From positions 11,160 through 75,159 of IMG/VR virus record IMGVR_UViG_3300017917_003742: a stretch of 64,000 nt of DNA. One strand, given 5' to 3'. The translations under genes and the position numbers were made by a program. Under the pieces are notes generated by a model that was not told the origin of the DNA, searched no databases, and saw nothing but the letters and a program-made list of their open reading frames with translations. Shown piece after piece: positions 1 to 8,983 of this stretch (positions are counted from its first letter, which is position 1; the number at the start of each line of letters is the position of its first letter). The DNA is from a virus.

Positions 1-691
1 TATTTAACGCATCATCTTCTTTTAATAAATAAATTACACCTGCATTAAGCATGGAATCTGCTAATGCACAATAAAAAAAGTCTCCTCCTTCGGAATGACA
101 CGACGTTGTATCAAAATCTGACATTCTTAAAACATCAATGGGTGCTCTTGAATATACGATAAAATAATCAGAAAGCATTGACGCTTGAACTTGTTTTTCA
201 AGATTTGTTGTTTTTAACAAACGGTCAATTTTAACAATATTTTCTTTGTCGAACTTTAATTGATCTTGTAAAGCTTCAATTGTCCATCCGGTTTTTTCCA
301 TTCTACTATCAAACTCCTGTTTATCAGAAATTTGTAAAGATAATACAGATTCTATTGTTTCAACGTGCTTTTCTAATCTTTGTTTTTCATTTGTTAAAGC
401 TTTACCAATTCTTATTTTGTTTTTTGGTTGAGAAGGTTTGTAAACGATCCAATTATCAAAATCAATAACATATTTGTATTCTAATAAACTTTTTAAATCC
501 TGAACTATAGGAGAATCTTTTGCACCTGTTTTTAATCGGTCGATTATTCGTAGCTTGTCACCAAAAATAGAATTGAATGGTAGTTCGTTATTTTTTATTT
601 TATCTTTTAAACCTCCTGGAAGTTTATCCACATACTGTTGAGATACTTCTTCAATAACTTTTTTTCCATTTATAAAACTTTTAAAATTCAT
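1..691 (-). CDS. Hypothetical late protein, runs off the window start (MNFKSFINGKKVIEEVSQQYV...FIVYSRAPIDVLRMSDFDTTSCHSEGGDFFYCAL...)
   Basis: Hand-translated open frame from ATG at 691. TAAGTA late-type box 5 nt upstream (702-697). Absent from the ORF track because it has no stop codon in the window. Confidence 0.8.
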   Translation of the reverse strand, partial: MNFKSFINGKKVIEEVSQQYVDKLPGGLKDKIKNNELPFNSIFGDKLRIIDRLKTGAKDSPIVQDLKSLLEYKYVIDFDNWIVYKPSQPKNKIRIGKALTNEKQRLEKHVETIESVLSLQISDKQEFDSRMEKTGWTIEALQDQLKFDKENIVKIDRLLKTTNLEKQVQASMLSDYFIVYSRAPIDVLRMSDFDTTSCHSEGGDFFYCALADSMLNAGVIYLLKEDDALN

Positions 692-712
692 AAAATTACT
701 TACCTTTTACTC

Positions 713-741
713 TTGACTTCATCAATGTGGCAGACTAAAGT
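713..741 (+). promoter_or_regulatory. Sigma70-type promoter TTGACT-N17-TAAAGT facing a structured non-coding region
   Basis: Same 17-nt spacing as the other promoters in the window, but no long ORF follows until 1044. Confidence 0.65.
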
Positions 742-746
742 AGTAG

Positions 747-996
747 TGTCTCAGTTTAAATACAAAAACGCTGCATTCCTCTAGGGGGCGATGCAGGGCA
801 GGATGAAGAATCTTATTCGGTTTTATTAGTTCCGATGTGAGACAAAGATTTTTTAAGACATAACTCGGCTCCAAAAACTACGGAATAGATTATGTTCTGT
901 CAAACAGTCTTCTCTCAAAATTATTCGTTGGGGGTAGGGGGCTGTTTGACAGGATTAAGAACAAAAACTCTCACCAAAAACTACATAATAGATTAT
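747..996 (+). ncRNA. Candidate structured ncRNA or 5' leader (function unknown)
   Basis: Pairings TGTCTCA(747-753)/TGAGACA(838-844), CTGCAT(771-776)/ATGCAG(791-796), and a long G-U-containing stem at 897-952. Local GC is higher than the flanks. Confidence 0.5.
871..996 (+). repeat. Two 23-bp direct repeats CCAAAAACTAC(GG/AT)AATAGATTAT (871-893, 974-996) flanking a long hairpin
   Basis: 21/23 identity, read directly from the sequence. Confidence 0.85.
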
Positions 997-1043
997 AAAA
1001 CCTTTTATAAAAATTATAATATTTTTTGGCCTTTTTTAAAATT

Positions 1044-1508
1044 ATGAGCAAAGAATTTATTAAGAACTGGTTTAGCAACATGCTTCCTTTTGATAGTCCA
1101 CTAGTGGTTGACGGAATTTCATACCCCGCTGTGGAAAATTATTATCAAGCAATGAAATTGCACGAAAATGATTTCGAGGGCAGAAAACTACTAGCATCGG
1201 TTTCTCCAAGAAAAAGCAAAACTCTGGTAAGAGAAATGAAGCAAAGAGAGCTTTCTGTTTCTGAAAAAATAAAATTTATGCGTTTTGCAATAGAGCATAA
1301 ATACTCTAACAACACAAGCTGGGGTAAAAAATTATTAGAAACTGGCGATGAACAGATTATTGAATACAACAATTGGGGTGACGTTTTTTGGGGATTTGAT
1401 GTTGAAAAGGGTGAGGGAAAAAATCTTCTTGGTTTATTGTTAATGGCTCGTCGTTCAGAACTAAACTTGGAAAATCTTTTAAATGAAAGTTGTAAACTTA
1501 AAAACTGA
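1044..1508 (+). CDS. NADAR / YbiA family hydrolase
   Basis: FSN..., VENYYQAMK, LLETGD..IIE.N.WGDVFWG, G.G.NLLG.LLM motifs. ATG at 1044 preferred over TTG at 1026. Confidence 0.9.
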   Translation: MSKEFIKNWFSNMLPFDSPLVVDGISYPAVENYYQAMKLHENDFEGRKLLASVSPRKSKTLVREMKQRELSVSEKIKFMRFAIEHKYSNNTSWGKKLLETGDEQIIEYNNWGDVFWGFDVEKGEGKNLLGLLLMARRSELNLENLLNESCKLKN

Positions 1509-1779
1509 ACCATATGACCTTTATATAGGTCGAGAAAATATCACTTACAATCTTGAGGAGAGTAAGTGGAAAAATCCTTTTTCATTAGAATTTTATAATC
1601 GAGAAGAAGCAGTATCTTTATACGAAACTTACGTACGGCAAAGTGAATTATACAATCAACTTGATGAGTTAGAAGGTAAAACTCTTGGCTGCTGGTGCGC
1701 TCCAAAACTTTGTCATGGAGACATTTTAATAAAACTTTATAATGAAAAAAGGTTGAATTCTTTATTAGATTTCAGTTAA
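1483..1779 (+). CDS. DUF4326 family protein
   Basis: YIGR...SKWKNPF...LEGKTLGCWCAPKLCHGDIL signature. Confidence 0.85.
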   Translation: MKVVNLKTEPYDLYIGRENITYNLEESKWKNPFSLEFYNREEAVSLYETYVRQSELYNQLDELEGKTLGCWCAPKLCHGDILIKLYNEKRLNSLLDFS

Positions 1780-1786
1780 TACTGTT

Positions 1787-2683
1787 ATGGTATTACTGCT
1801 TGGTAAAAACGGATACGTTTCAAAACGTTTTATTGATTTTTTCGAATTTAAAAATATAAAATATAAAAGTCTTTCTTTAAAAGACACAAACCTTTCGCCT
1901 TCTTACGTTTTAGAATCGGTTATAGACGAAATAAAACCTCGTTTTGTTATAAATGCAATGGGTTACACAGGAGTTCCAAACGTGGACGCTTGTGAAGACA
2001 GTAAAAAAGAGTGTCTTTTTGCTAACGTAATTCTTGCCGAAGGTGTAGCGGATATGTGTCGTAAGAAAAACCTTCCTCTTGGCTTTGTTAGCAGTGGTTG
2101 TATTTACAACGAAGATGAAGTTGAATGGTGGAGAACTTATAAAGAAAAGGATTGGCCTAATTTTTCATTCTACAACACGAAAAGCGATTGCTCATGGTAT
2201 AGTGGAACAAAAGCTCTTGGAGAAAGTCTTGTAAGAAAAAGCTGGGACCGAACCAGAATATTCAGATTAAGAATGCCATTTAATCATTTGGACGGTCCTA
2301 AAAACTATCTCTCCAAAATATTCACTTATGACAAAGTGTTGAGTCTTGAAAATTCTCTTACAAATCTTGATGAGTTTGTTCGTGCAGTTTATCAAGGAAT
2401 GAATGCGGAAACTCCCTATGGAACATATAACATTGTTAATCATGGAGGAATAAGTGCAAAAAGAATTCACACTCTTGCCAAAGCATACAATCTTGGAAAA
2501 GAGAGTTATGAATACTTCGAAAGTTTAGAAGAGTTTAACAAAGTTGTAAGAACACCTAGAAGCAATTGTGTTTTAGATACTAGTAAAATTAAAACTGAGG
2601 GCATTTACATGCTTCCAGTTGAGGAGAGTTTAATTAGATGTTTTGAATCATGGAATCAACCCGAAAGAAAAATATTCTGGTAA
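1787..2683 (+). CDS. rmlD: RmlD-like SDR; NRS/ER-type NDP-4-keto-6-deoxyglucose (3,5-epimerase)/4-reductase
   Basis: GKNGYV, GYTGVPNVDACE, SSGCIY, YSGTK, LRMP, PRSNCVLD motifs. Lies in an operon with rmlB and rmlA. Confidence 0.8.
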   Translation: MVLLLGKNGYVSKRFIDFFEFKNIKYKSLSLKDTNLSPSYVLESVIDEIKPRFVINAMGYTGVPNVDACEDSKKECLFANVILAEGVADMCRKKNLPLGFVSSGCIYNEDEVEWWRTYKEKDWPNFSFYNTKSDCSWYSGTKALGESLVRKSWDRTRIFRLRMPFNHLDGPKNYLSKIFTYDKVLSLENSLTNLDEFVRAVYQGMNAETPYGTYNIVNHGGISAKRIHTLAKAYNLGKESYEYFESLEEFNKVVRTPRSNCVLDTSKIKTEGIYMLPVEESLIRCFESWNQPERKIFW

Positions 2684-3648
2684 CAGGTGGACTTGGCTTT
2701 ATTGGCTGGAACTTTATTAATAAAGTATTAGGTGAAAATTTAATTGAGTGTGATGTTTTAGTAAACATTGACAGTGGTGAGTATTCTGCCATTAACAATA
2801 TACCGCTTGAAACTCCAAAGTATAAGTTTTACAAAGGAAAAATGGGTGAATTGAGTGAATCTGTTTTGGAAAACTACAATATAGATACTGTGGTAAATTT
2901 TGCTGCAAGCACACACGTTGACAACTCCATCAAAAGCGTAAAAGCATTTGTGGAAAACAATGTTTTAGAAATGAGCATTCTCATGGAAAACTGCCGAAAC
3001 TTTTGGAAAAAGAAAAACATAGACGGCTTGTTTGTTCAAATTAGCACAGACGAAGTTTTTGGTAGTGTAGAAGATCAAGGAGGAATATCATTCAACGAAT
3101 ACACTCTTCATCATCCAAACAATCCTTATAGTGCAACAAAAAGTGCAGCAGAAGTTTTACTTCGCTCTTTTATGCACACTTACAACTTTCCAGCAATTAT
3201 TACAAACTGTGGAAATAATTATGGACCGGGACAGCATGAGGAAAAACTAATTCCTAAAATTATAAAGTGTTGCTTAGAAAAGAAAAGCATTCCAATTTAC
3301 GGAAACGGAATGCAAAAACGCGACTGGATTTATGTGGACGATCACTGTGAAGGAATTGCTCGCGCAATTCATCTTGGACGAAAAGGAGATTCTTATCTTT
3401 TTGGAACAACTAAAAATGTTACAAACTTGGAACTTACTAAAATTATTTGCCGAATTTTAGACAAAAAATTAAACAGCATTTCTCCACTTGAATCTCTTAT
3501 ACATTTTGTTGAAGATCGTTTGGGTCATGATGTAACATACACTGTGGATTATGCCCGCTCACTTCAAATGTTGGGATGGGAACCAAAAACAGATTTAAGT
3601 GAAGGACTTGAAAAAACTGTTGACTGGTATTTAAATAAAATACAATGA
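2650..3648 (+). CDS. rmlB: dTDP-glucose 4,6-dehydratase
   Basis: TGGLGFIG, FAASTHVDNSI, ISTDEVFG, PYSATK, NNYGP.Q..EKLIP, RDWIYVDDH, DRLGHD. Confidence 0.95.
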   Translation: MESTRKKNILVTGGLGFIGWNFINKVLGENLIECDVLVNIDSGEYSAINNIPLETPKYKFYKGKMGELSESVLENYNIDTVVNFAASTHVDNSIKSVKAFVENNVLEMSILMENCRNFWKKKNIDGLFVQISTDEVFGSVEDQGGISFNEYTLHHPNNPYSATKSAAEVLLRSFMHTYNFPAIITNCGNNYGPGQHEEKLIPKIIKCCLEKKSIPIYGNGMQKRDWIYVDDHCEGIARAIHLGRKGDSYLFGTTKNVTNLELTKIICRILDKKLNSISPLESLIHFVEDRLGHDVTYTVDYARSLQMLGWEPKTDLSEGLEKTVDWYLNKIQ

Positions 3649-4364
3649 AAGGAATAATTTTAGCGGGAGGGCGGGGATCGAGATTAGCACCTTTAACAAA
3701 AGCAGTTAGCAAGCAGTTGCTTCCTGTTTACAAATATCCAATGATTTATTTCCCAATCAACACATTACTCCAAATGGGAATAGAGGATATTTTAATCATA
3801 ACAACACCAGAACATCAAAATCTTTTTAAGGAAACTCTCAAAGATTTAAAATGTGCAAATTTTTCTTATATTGTTCAGGACAGTCCTCGCGGTTTGCCAG
3901 AAGCGTTTGTTCTCGCAGAAGAGTGGTTAGAAGGCAGTGACGTTGCGCTTATTTTAGGTGACAACATTATAATTAATAACGCTCCAATAGATTGCCTTCC
4001 AAACACGGTTTTTTCCTACAAAGTTAAACATCCTGAAAGATATGGTGTGTTGGATTTTGACGAAGATGGTCGCATCAAAAACATTGTTGAAAAGCCTCAA
4101 ACATACATTAGCGACAATGCAATGATTGGTCTTTATGTATTAGAGAATAGTGCATGTGAAATCGCCAAAAAATTAAAACCATCAAGCCGAGGCGAACTTG
4201 AAATTGTTGACCTTATCAAAGAAATGAATAAAAAACATCCTGTTTCAGTTTTAGAACTTGATGGTTTCTGGTTTGATGCAGGAACACATGACGATCTTCT
4301 TGATTGTGGTAATCTTGTAAAAGCTATAGAATTTAGAACAAACAAGAGCTTCGATTTAGCTTGA
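3645..4364 (+). CDS. rmlA: Glucose-1-phosphate thymidylyltransferase
   Basis: GIILAGG.GSRL.PLT..VSKQLLPVY, LILGDN, EKP, RGELEI, WFDAGT. Confidence 0.95.
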   Translation: MKGIILAGGRGSRLAPLTKAVSKQLLPVYKYPMIYFPINTLLQMGIEDILIITTPEHQNLFKETLKDLKCANFSYIVQDSPRGLPEAFVLAEEWLEGSDVALILGDNIIINNAPIDCLPNTVFSYKVKHPERYGVLDFDEDGRIKNIVEKPQTYISDNAMIGLYVLENSACEIAKKLKPSSRGELEIVDLIKEMNKKHPVSVLELDGFWFDAGTHDDLLDCGNLVKAIEFRTNKSFDLA

Positions 4365-4389
4365 TCTGCCAAGTTCTTTGGTGTATAGT
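4361..4389 (+). promoter_or_regulatory. Sigma70-type promoter TTGATC-N17-TATAGT, 5 nt before the dda ATG
   Basis: Read directly; leaderless geometry. Confidence 0.7.
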
Positions 4390-4394
4390 AGTCT

Positions 4395-5732
4395 ATGGAC
4401 GAAATCACATTAAATGAAGATCAAAAAGCTGTTTTCGAAAAACTAAAAGACTTTATTGACTCCTCTAGTCAACATATGTTTCTTATGGAAGGTGCAGCAG
4501 GCACAGGAAAAACAACAACCGTTTCGCAATTTATTGGTTGGCTTTTAGAAGAAACAAACATTTCTAACATTGCTATGGCAAGCCCAACGCACAAAGCGTT
4601 AAAGGTTATGATGGAAATGTGCCCTGATAAACATCGAGGAAGTATTCAATTTTTAACACTGCATTCTATGCTTGGATTAAAGCATGAAATTACCAAAGAT
4701 GGTAAAGAAATTTTTGTTCGTGATAAAAATGTAATGACAAAGTTTCCATTTTTTGAGCTTGTTATCATTGATGAAAGTAGTATGATTGCAGACCAACTCT
4801 TTAATGAGATGGAAGATCAAAACTATCGTAAAATCAAAGTTTTGTTTGTTGGTGACAGTAATCAGATTAATCCTGTGAATCACAAGATGAGCATTCCAAT
4901 GCTGCCTGAAAAGCGAAAAGAATTTAATATTGGTCACTGCCGACTTGAGAAAATTGTTCGTCAAGCGGAAGGCAATCCCATCATCAAATACTCTCAAAAA
5001 ATTATCAACAACGAATTCTCGTTTAATCCCGGTGAAAAAGAGATGGTTGGAGACAGCGGCATTGTAATGCTTTCAGAAAGTCAAAACAAAGTGTTACAGC
5101 AACTCTTACAGTATTATTTTGGCTCTTCAAAGTTTGACGAAGATGCAAACTATTGTAAACTCATTGCATGGAGAAACGCCACTGTAGAATTTTACAACAA
5201 GCTTGTTCGAAATTTCAAATATGGACCTAAAGCGGGTAAGATTGTGCTTGATGAAAAACTTATTGTTGACCGTCCAATTAAAGGAGATGATGATAAAGTT
5301 TCATTCGCAACAAACGAAGACTTGGTTGTGAAAAATATTGAAGTCAAAGAGAAAAAGCTTTTTGATAACGACTCTTGGCTTTATTACGACTGTCTTGTTC
5401 AAGGAATGGATAAATGCGGCAACATTCATATTCTTCATGAGAAAGAAGAAAAGCGTTACACAGACACTCTTCGTAAACTTGCCAAAGATGCAGTTGATGA
5501 AAAGGAAGTTTCCGCTCGTCTCAAAAAGTGGAGAAAATATTATTCTTTCATGGAAAACTTTGCACAGGTAAAATACAACTATGCAATTACTGCTCACTGC
5601 TCTCAAGGCAGCACATATGACAATTGCTTTGTATTACACAGTGACATTGGCATTAACCGAAACGAGGAAGAAAGACGCAGAATTCTCTACACTTCTTTTA
5701 CAAGACCAAGAAAAATGCTATACATTTTGTAA
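4395..5732 (+). CDS. dda: Dda-like SF1B DNA helicase
   Basis: GAAGTGKT, SPTHKA, TLHS, IIDESSM, GD.NQI.PV, AITAHCSQGSTY, LYT..TR. Confidence 0.9.
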   Translation: MDEITLNEDQKAVFEKLKDFIDSSSQHMFLMEGAAGTGKTTTVSQFIGWLLEETNISNIAMASPTHKALKVMMEMCPDKHRGSIQFLTLHSMLGLKHEITKDGKEIFVRDKNVMTKFPFFELVIIDESSMIADQLFNEMEDQNYRKIKVLFVGDSNQINPVNHKMSIPMLPEKRKEFNIGHCRLEKIVRQAEGNPIIKYSQKIINNEFSFNPGEKEMVGDSGIVMLSESQNKVLQQLLQYYFGSSKFDEDANYCKLIAWRNATVEFYNKLVRNFKYGPKAGKIVLDEKLIVDRPIKGDDDKVSFATNEDLVVKNIEVKEKKLFDNDSWLYYDCLVQGMDKCGNIHILHEKEEKRYTDTLRKLAKDAVDEKEVSARLKKWRKYYSFMENFAQVKYNYAITAHCSQGSTYDNCFVLHSDIGINRNEEERRRILYTSFTRPRKMLYIL

Positions 5733-5775
5733 AAAAGTGTTGAAAGTTTAAAGAATCCCATATAGATACTTTTGT

Positions 5776-5943
5776 ATGAAAACAAAAACCTATTATATGG
5801 GATTCTTCCGATATGATGACGCAAAAATTTGGAATAAAACAAATTTGAACGAAGATAAAAAAGAACTCGAAGAGTATCTTAACAATCTTCAATATGTTGA
5901 TAAGCGTTCCATCAACATCAAAACTATCGAACTGCCAGAATAA
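5776..5943 (+). CDS. Small hypothetical protein (55 aa, MKTKTYYMGFFRYDD...)
   Basis: Hand-translated. Fills the gap and abuts the next ATG (TAAATG). Below the ORF-track length cutoff. Confidence 0.65.
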   Translation: MKTKTYYMGFFRYDDAKIWNKTNLNEDKKELEEYLNNLQYVDKRSINIKTIELPE

Positions 5944-6708
5944 ATGAAAAACGTAAACGAGACAAAACTAGAGGCACTTAATATCGCCAAGCAATTTAAT
6001 GCTGGCGATTTAGATGAGCTATTAAATAATGCACAAAAAGTTCTAAACTTTTTAGAATATTATGTAGGAGACTGCTCTAATAAACTACAAGAGAAAAAAG
6101 AAAAATTTATTGAGGTTGTTGACCGACAACTAAATCAGTATAATTACAAAGACCCTCTCAGAAAAGAGTATGCGCGTCATGCAATTGTAGCAGATTATAT
6201 TGATAAGCGTTTAAAGACTGGAATTCAAGAGCTTTGCAATCAGATTGATGAAGAGGTTGGCGAGGAATACGCAACAGTAAAACCTGAATATAAGACTGGT
6301 GAAAAGATTGCAGAGGTTTTCATGAGCGGTCTTGTACCCACCGAAAAAGATTCTGTTTTTTCTAGTGGTGACTATGTTTCACCACCCGAAGAAAAAGATA
6401 CCACCTGCAAAGAAGCTGGTCATAAATCAAAGATAATTTTAACTCACAGAGAAGAAGTGGATAAAGAACTTTTAAAAGTTCTAAACGAAAAGATTCAAGA
6501 AGACATTCAAATTTCTAAAGATAATCAAAAAAAGAAGTCATGTACACCATTAGTTGATTCTTTCATAAAGCAGCAAGATAAAAAGGCGGGTAGTCCTATT
6601 GTTATAGGTAGCTCGGCAATTCAACCAATTACTGATTTCAAACATATATCAAAGGATGTTCTTGAAAGAATGCATAAAATTTCAATAAGCGAAGAAAATG
6701 GAATTTAA
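5944..6708 (+). CDS. Hypothetical protein
   Basis: 254-aa ORF coupled to neighbours. Confidence 0.7.
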   Translation: MKNVNETKLEALNIAKQFNAGDLDELLNNAQKVLNFLEYYVGDCSNKLQEKKEKFIEVVDRQLNQYNYKDPLRKEYARHAIVADYIDKRLKTGIQELCNQIDEEVGEEYATVKPEYKTGEKIAEVFMSGLVPTEKDSVFSSGDYVSPPEEKDTTCKEAGHKSKIILTHREEVDKELLKVLNEKIQEDIQISKDNQKKKSCTPLVDSFIKQQDKKAGSPIVIGSSAIQPITDFKHISKDVLERMHKISISEENGI

Positions 6709-7411
6709 TAAACAATACTGGATAGAACAATTAACTAAAGAAGTTGGTTTAGAGGGAGTTTCTTATGAGGAACTCTCAAACCACTTTGTAAACTTTGACT
6801 CATTTTTTGGAAATGACGAAGACTCTCCTACAAGCAGAGTTAATGCTAAAGAATACGTTGATCGTCAATTAGTTGAGATAGAAAAGCAATACGAGGAATT
6901 CTCTCAAACTGAAAACGCTCTTGAGTCATTTCCTTTAGCACCTTCAAAATCTTTAACACTTGATTACAACGAATCCGACATTTTCAGCCGACTTCACAAT
7001 GTTGCAAATGAAGGTTTTAAGGAAATGCCCTTTGAACAAAATTATCAAGATAATAAAATCTTGTATAACGGTGTTCCGCTTATTATTCCTGTTCAACAAA
7101 ACATTCAACGCGAAGATATTGGCTACTACGAAGTTTTTGTTGAAGGTCGTGTGTTTGTTGTTGCAATAAACAAAAAGAACGGTGACTTAAAAACAGAAGA
7201 TCAAATTAATCATGTCAAATCAACAAGTTACTTTGTAGAAGAGATCAATCCCCTAAGATTAGTTGGAGGAGAAGAAATCATTTCTTACTATCAGTTCGCA
7301 AATATGATTGAAGAAATCGTTCGTAGAAAAGGAACCGTTTCTGTTGATGTGAAACTTAAAGACAATGTTAAAACTGAATTTGATGGAGTGAAACTAGATA
7401 ATTTCCTATGA
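6698..7411 (+). CDS. Hypothetical acidic protein
   Basis: 237-aa ORF overlapping neighbours. Confidence 0.7.
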   Translation: MEFNKQYWIEQLTKEVGLEGVSYEELSNHFVNFDSFFGNDEDSPTSRVNAKEYVDRQLVEIEKQYEEFSQTENALESFPLAPSKSLTLDYNESDIFSRLHNVANEGFKEMPFEQNYQDNKILYNGVPLIIPVQQNIQREDIGYYEVFVEGRVFVVAINKKNGDLKTEDQINHVKSTSYFVEEINPLRLVGGEEIISYYQFANMIEEIVRRKGTVSVDVKLKDNVKTEFDGVKLDNFL

Positions 7412-8196
7412 TTAAAAGTTTCGAATTTAAAACAGGATTTGTAATGGGCTACGATCATTTAAAAGGTCGAGAGTTCAAATTTAATGATAAGCTGAACGTG
7501 TTGTTTGGCAACGTTGGTTCGTGCAAAAGCACTGCATTAAAAACAATGGCAGCATATTGTGGCATTCGCACAGGAGGATGGAGCACCATTTCTGAACCTG
7601 CCCAGCTTGCATACGATAGCATAAAGCATTTTCCTTTTTGCTATCGTAACTTGTCTCCAAGCAATGTTGATGCAATTGTAGATTGGGACGGAACTCCGTC
7701 ATTCTTCAACGACAGCGAGGCACTCTCTAAAAACGATAATACGTGGTTTTTTAGCAATGCAAAACAGAGTGCGGACGGAATTACCACAGAAGCAGAACAA
7801 ATGGAAATTTTGGCAAGTAAACCGTCTTCTGGACAGTATCGTATTCACAAGATCAACAAGATTATGAAGGTGATTCAAACACCGCCAAATCTTCTCCTTG
7901 TTCCACCATACATTAACAACAAAGTTCTTGCTCAAATAGAAGTCGAATACATTAAGAGTCTTCCAAGAAACGGTAAGATTACTCTTCTTTTAGATGAGCC
8001 TGAAAAGGCACTTTCTATTCCAAAGCAGATTGAATTGTTTGATGTTATGGTAAAACTGTCAGAACACTTTCAAATTATTATGGCAACTCACTCTCCTTTT
8101 ATTCTTGAGTATAAGAAAGCAAATCTTATTGACGTTACTCCCGGTTATGTTAAAGAATGCCGAACTCTGATAAAAAATATCGGAAAAGGTAAGTAA
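7408..8196 (+). CDS. Soluble ABC-type ATPase (AAA_21-like)
   Basis: Walker A GNVGSCKST, signature SSGQ, Walker B LLLDEPE, H-loop ATHSP. Confidence 0.8.
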   Translation: MIKSFEFKTGFVMGYDHLKGREFKFNDKLNVLFGNVGSCKSTALKTMAAYCGIRTGGWSTISEPAQLAYDSIKHFPFCYRNLSPSNVDAIVDWDGTPSFFNDSEALSKNDNTWFFSNAKQSADGITTEAEQMEILASKPSSGQYRIHKINKIMKVIQTPPNLLLVPPYINNKVLAQIEVEYIKSLPRNGKITLLLDEPEKALSIPKQIELFDVMVKLSEHFQIIMATHSPFILEYKKANLIDVTPGYVKECRTLIKNIGKGK

Positions 8197-8202
8197 TTTA
8201 TT

Positions 8203-8853
8203 ATGCCAGAAAAACTAGATAGGTTCTATTATAGAACCGTTAAGAAGAATTGTCTTTATTGTGGCTGTGAACTTAAATTAAATAATAATAGAGATGTGGA
8301 ACGAAAAACCTTCTGCAACAGAAGTCATTCTGCATACTGGAATAAAGATAATAGGAATTTTACTAATAACAAACCTCACAAGGAAGAGACTAAACAGAAA
8401 ATCAAAAAATCTGCAAAGGCGAGAGAAAATTGGAAAGGTGATAAAAATCCTAATTACAAAGGAAAATTAAAGAGAGGTAAACGTCTTTCTGAAAACCAAA
8501 AAGAGTTTTTACGGAAGAGAATGTTAGACGGAGGGGCTTTAGTTGCTCGAAAAGGTAATAAACGGAAAAGTTCTATTCAGATAAAAGTTGAAAATTACCT
8601 GACAAGTATAGGTATTTCTTTTATTGATGAATATAGACTCAATAATAGATTAGTTGATATTTTTATAGAGCCTAATATAGTTATTGAATGCGATGGAAAT
8701 TATTGGCACAGCTTTCCGCACATTAAACTCAAAGACGAGAAATTGAATTCTTTTTGTCGAGAAAATAATATCGAAATAATTCGTCTTACGGAAACCCAAA
8801 TAAAACAATCCGAATTTATACAAATTTTGGATAAATATTTTAATGGGAAATAA
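8203..8853 (+). mobile_element. Free-standing homing endonuclease, NUMOD3-like repeats plus DUF559/Vsr-like PD-(D/E)xK domain
   Basis: HKEETKQKIK, KGDKNPNYKG, VDIFI...VIECDG.YWH...D. Confidence 0.8.
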
Positions 8854-8983
8854 ACTAGATCGTTGCGTTAATAAAGTCAAAGCCAAAAGCGGTAAAAAGG
8901 TAAATCCTTGGGCCGTTTGTTCTAAATCCACCGGAATCAAAAAGAAAGAAGGCGGAGGATGGACCAAAGGTAAGAAGAAGTAA
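8843..8983 (+). CDS. Small basic protein (46 aa, MGNKLDRCVNKVKAKSGKKVNPWAVCSKSTGIKKKEGGGWTKGKKK)
   Basis: Hand-translated. TAAATA box 5 nt upstream (8832-8837). Confidence 0.7.
   Translation: MGNKLDRCVNKVKAKSGKKVNPWAVCSKSTGIKKKEGGGWTKGKKK

Noticed and set aside
280-468. 62-aa plus-strand ORF in the track
   Set aside because: Antisense shadow of the longer minus-strand gene starting at 691, which has a late promoter.
871-996. Direct repeats as a mini CRISPR array
   Set aside because: Only two copies, the 80-nt spacer is itself a hairpin, and no cas genes are in the window.
747-996. tRNA or tmRNA identity for the structured region
   Set aside because: No cloverleaf, T-loop or CCA acceptor end found; no convincing tag reading frame.
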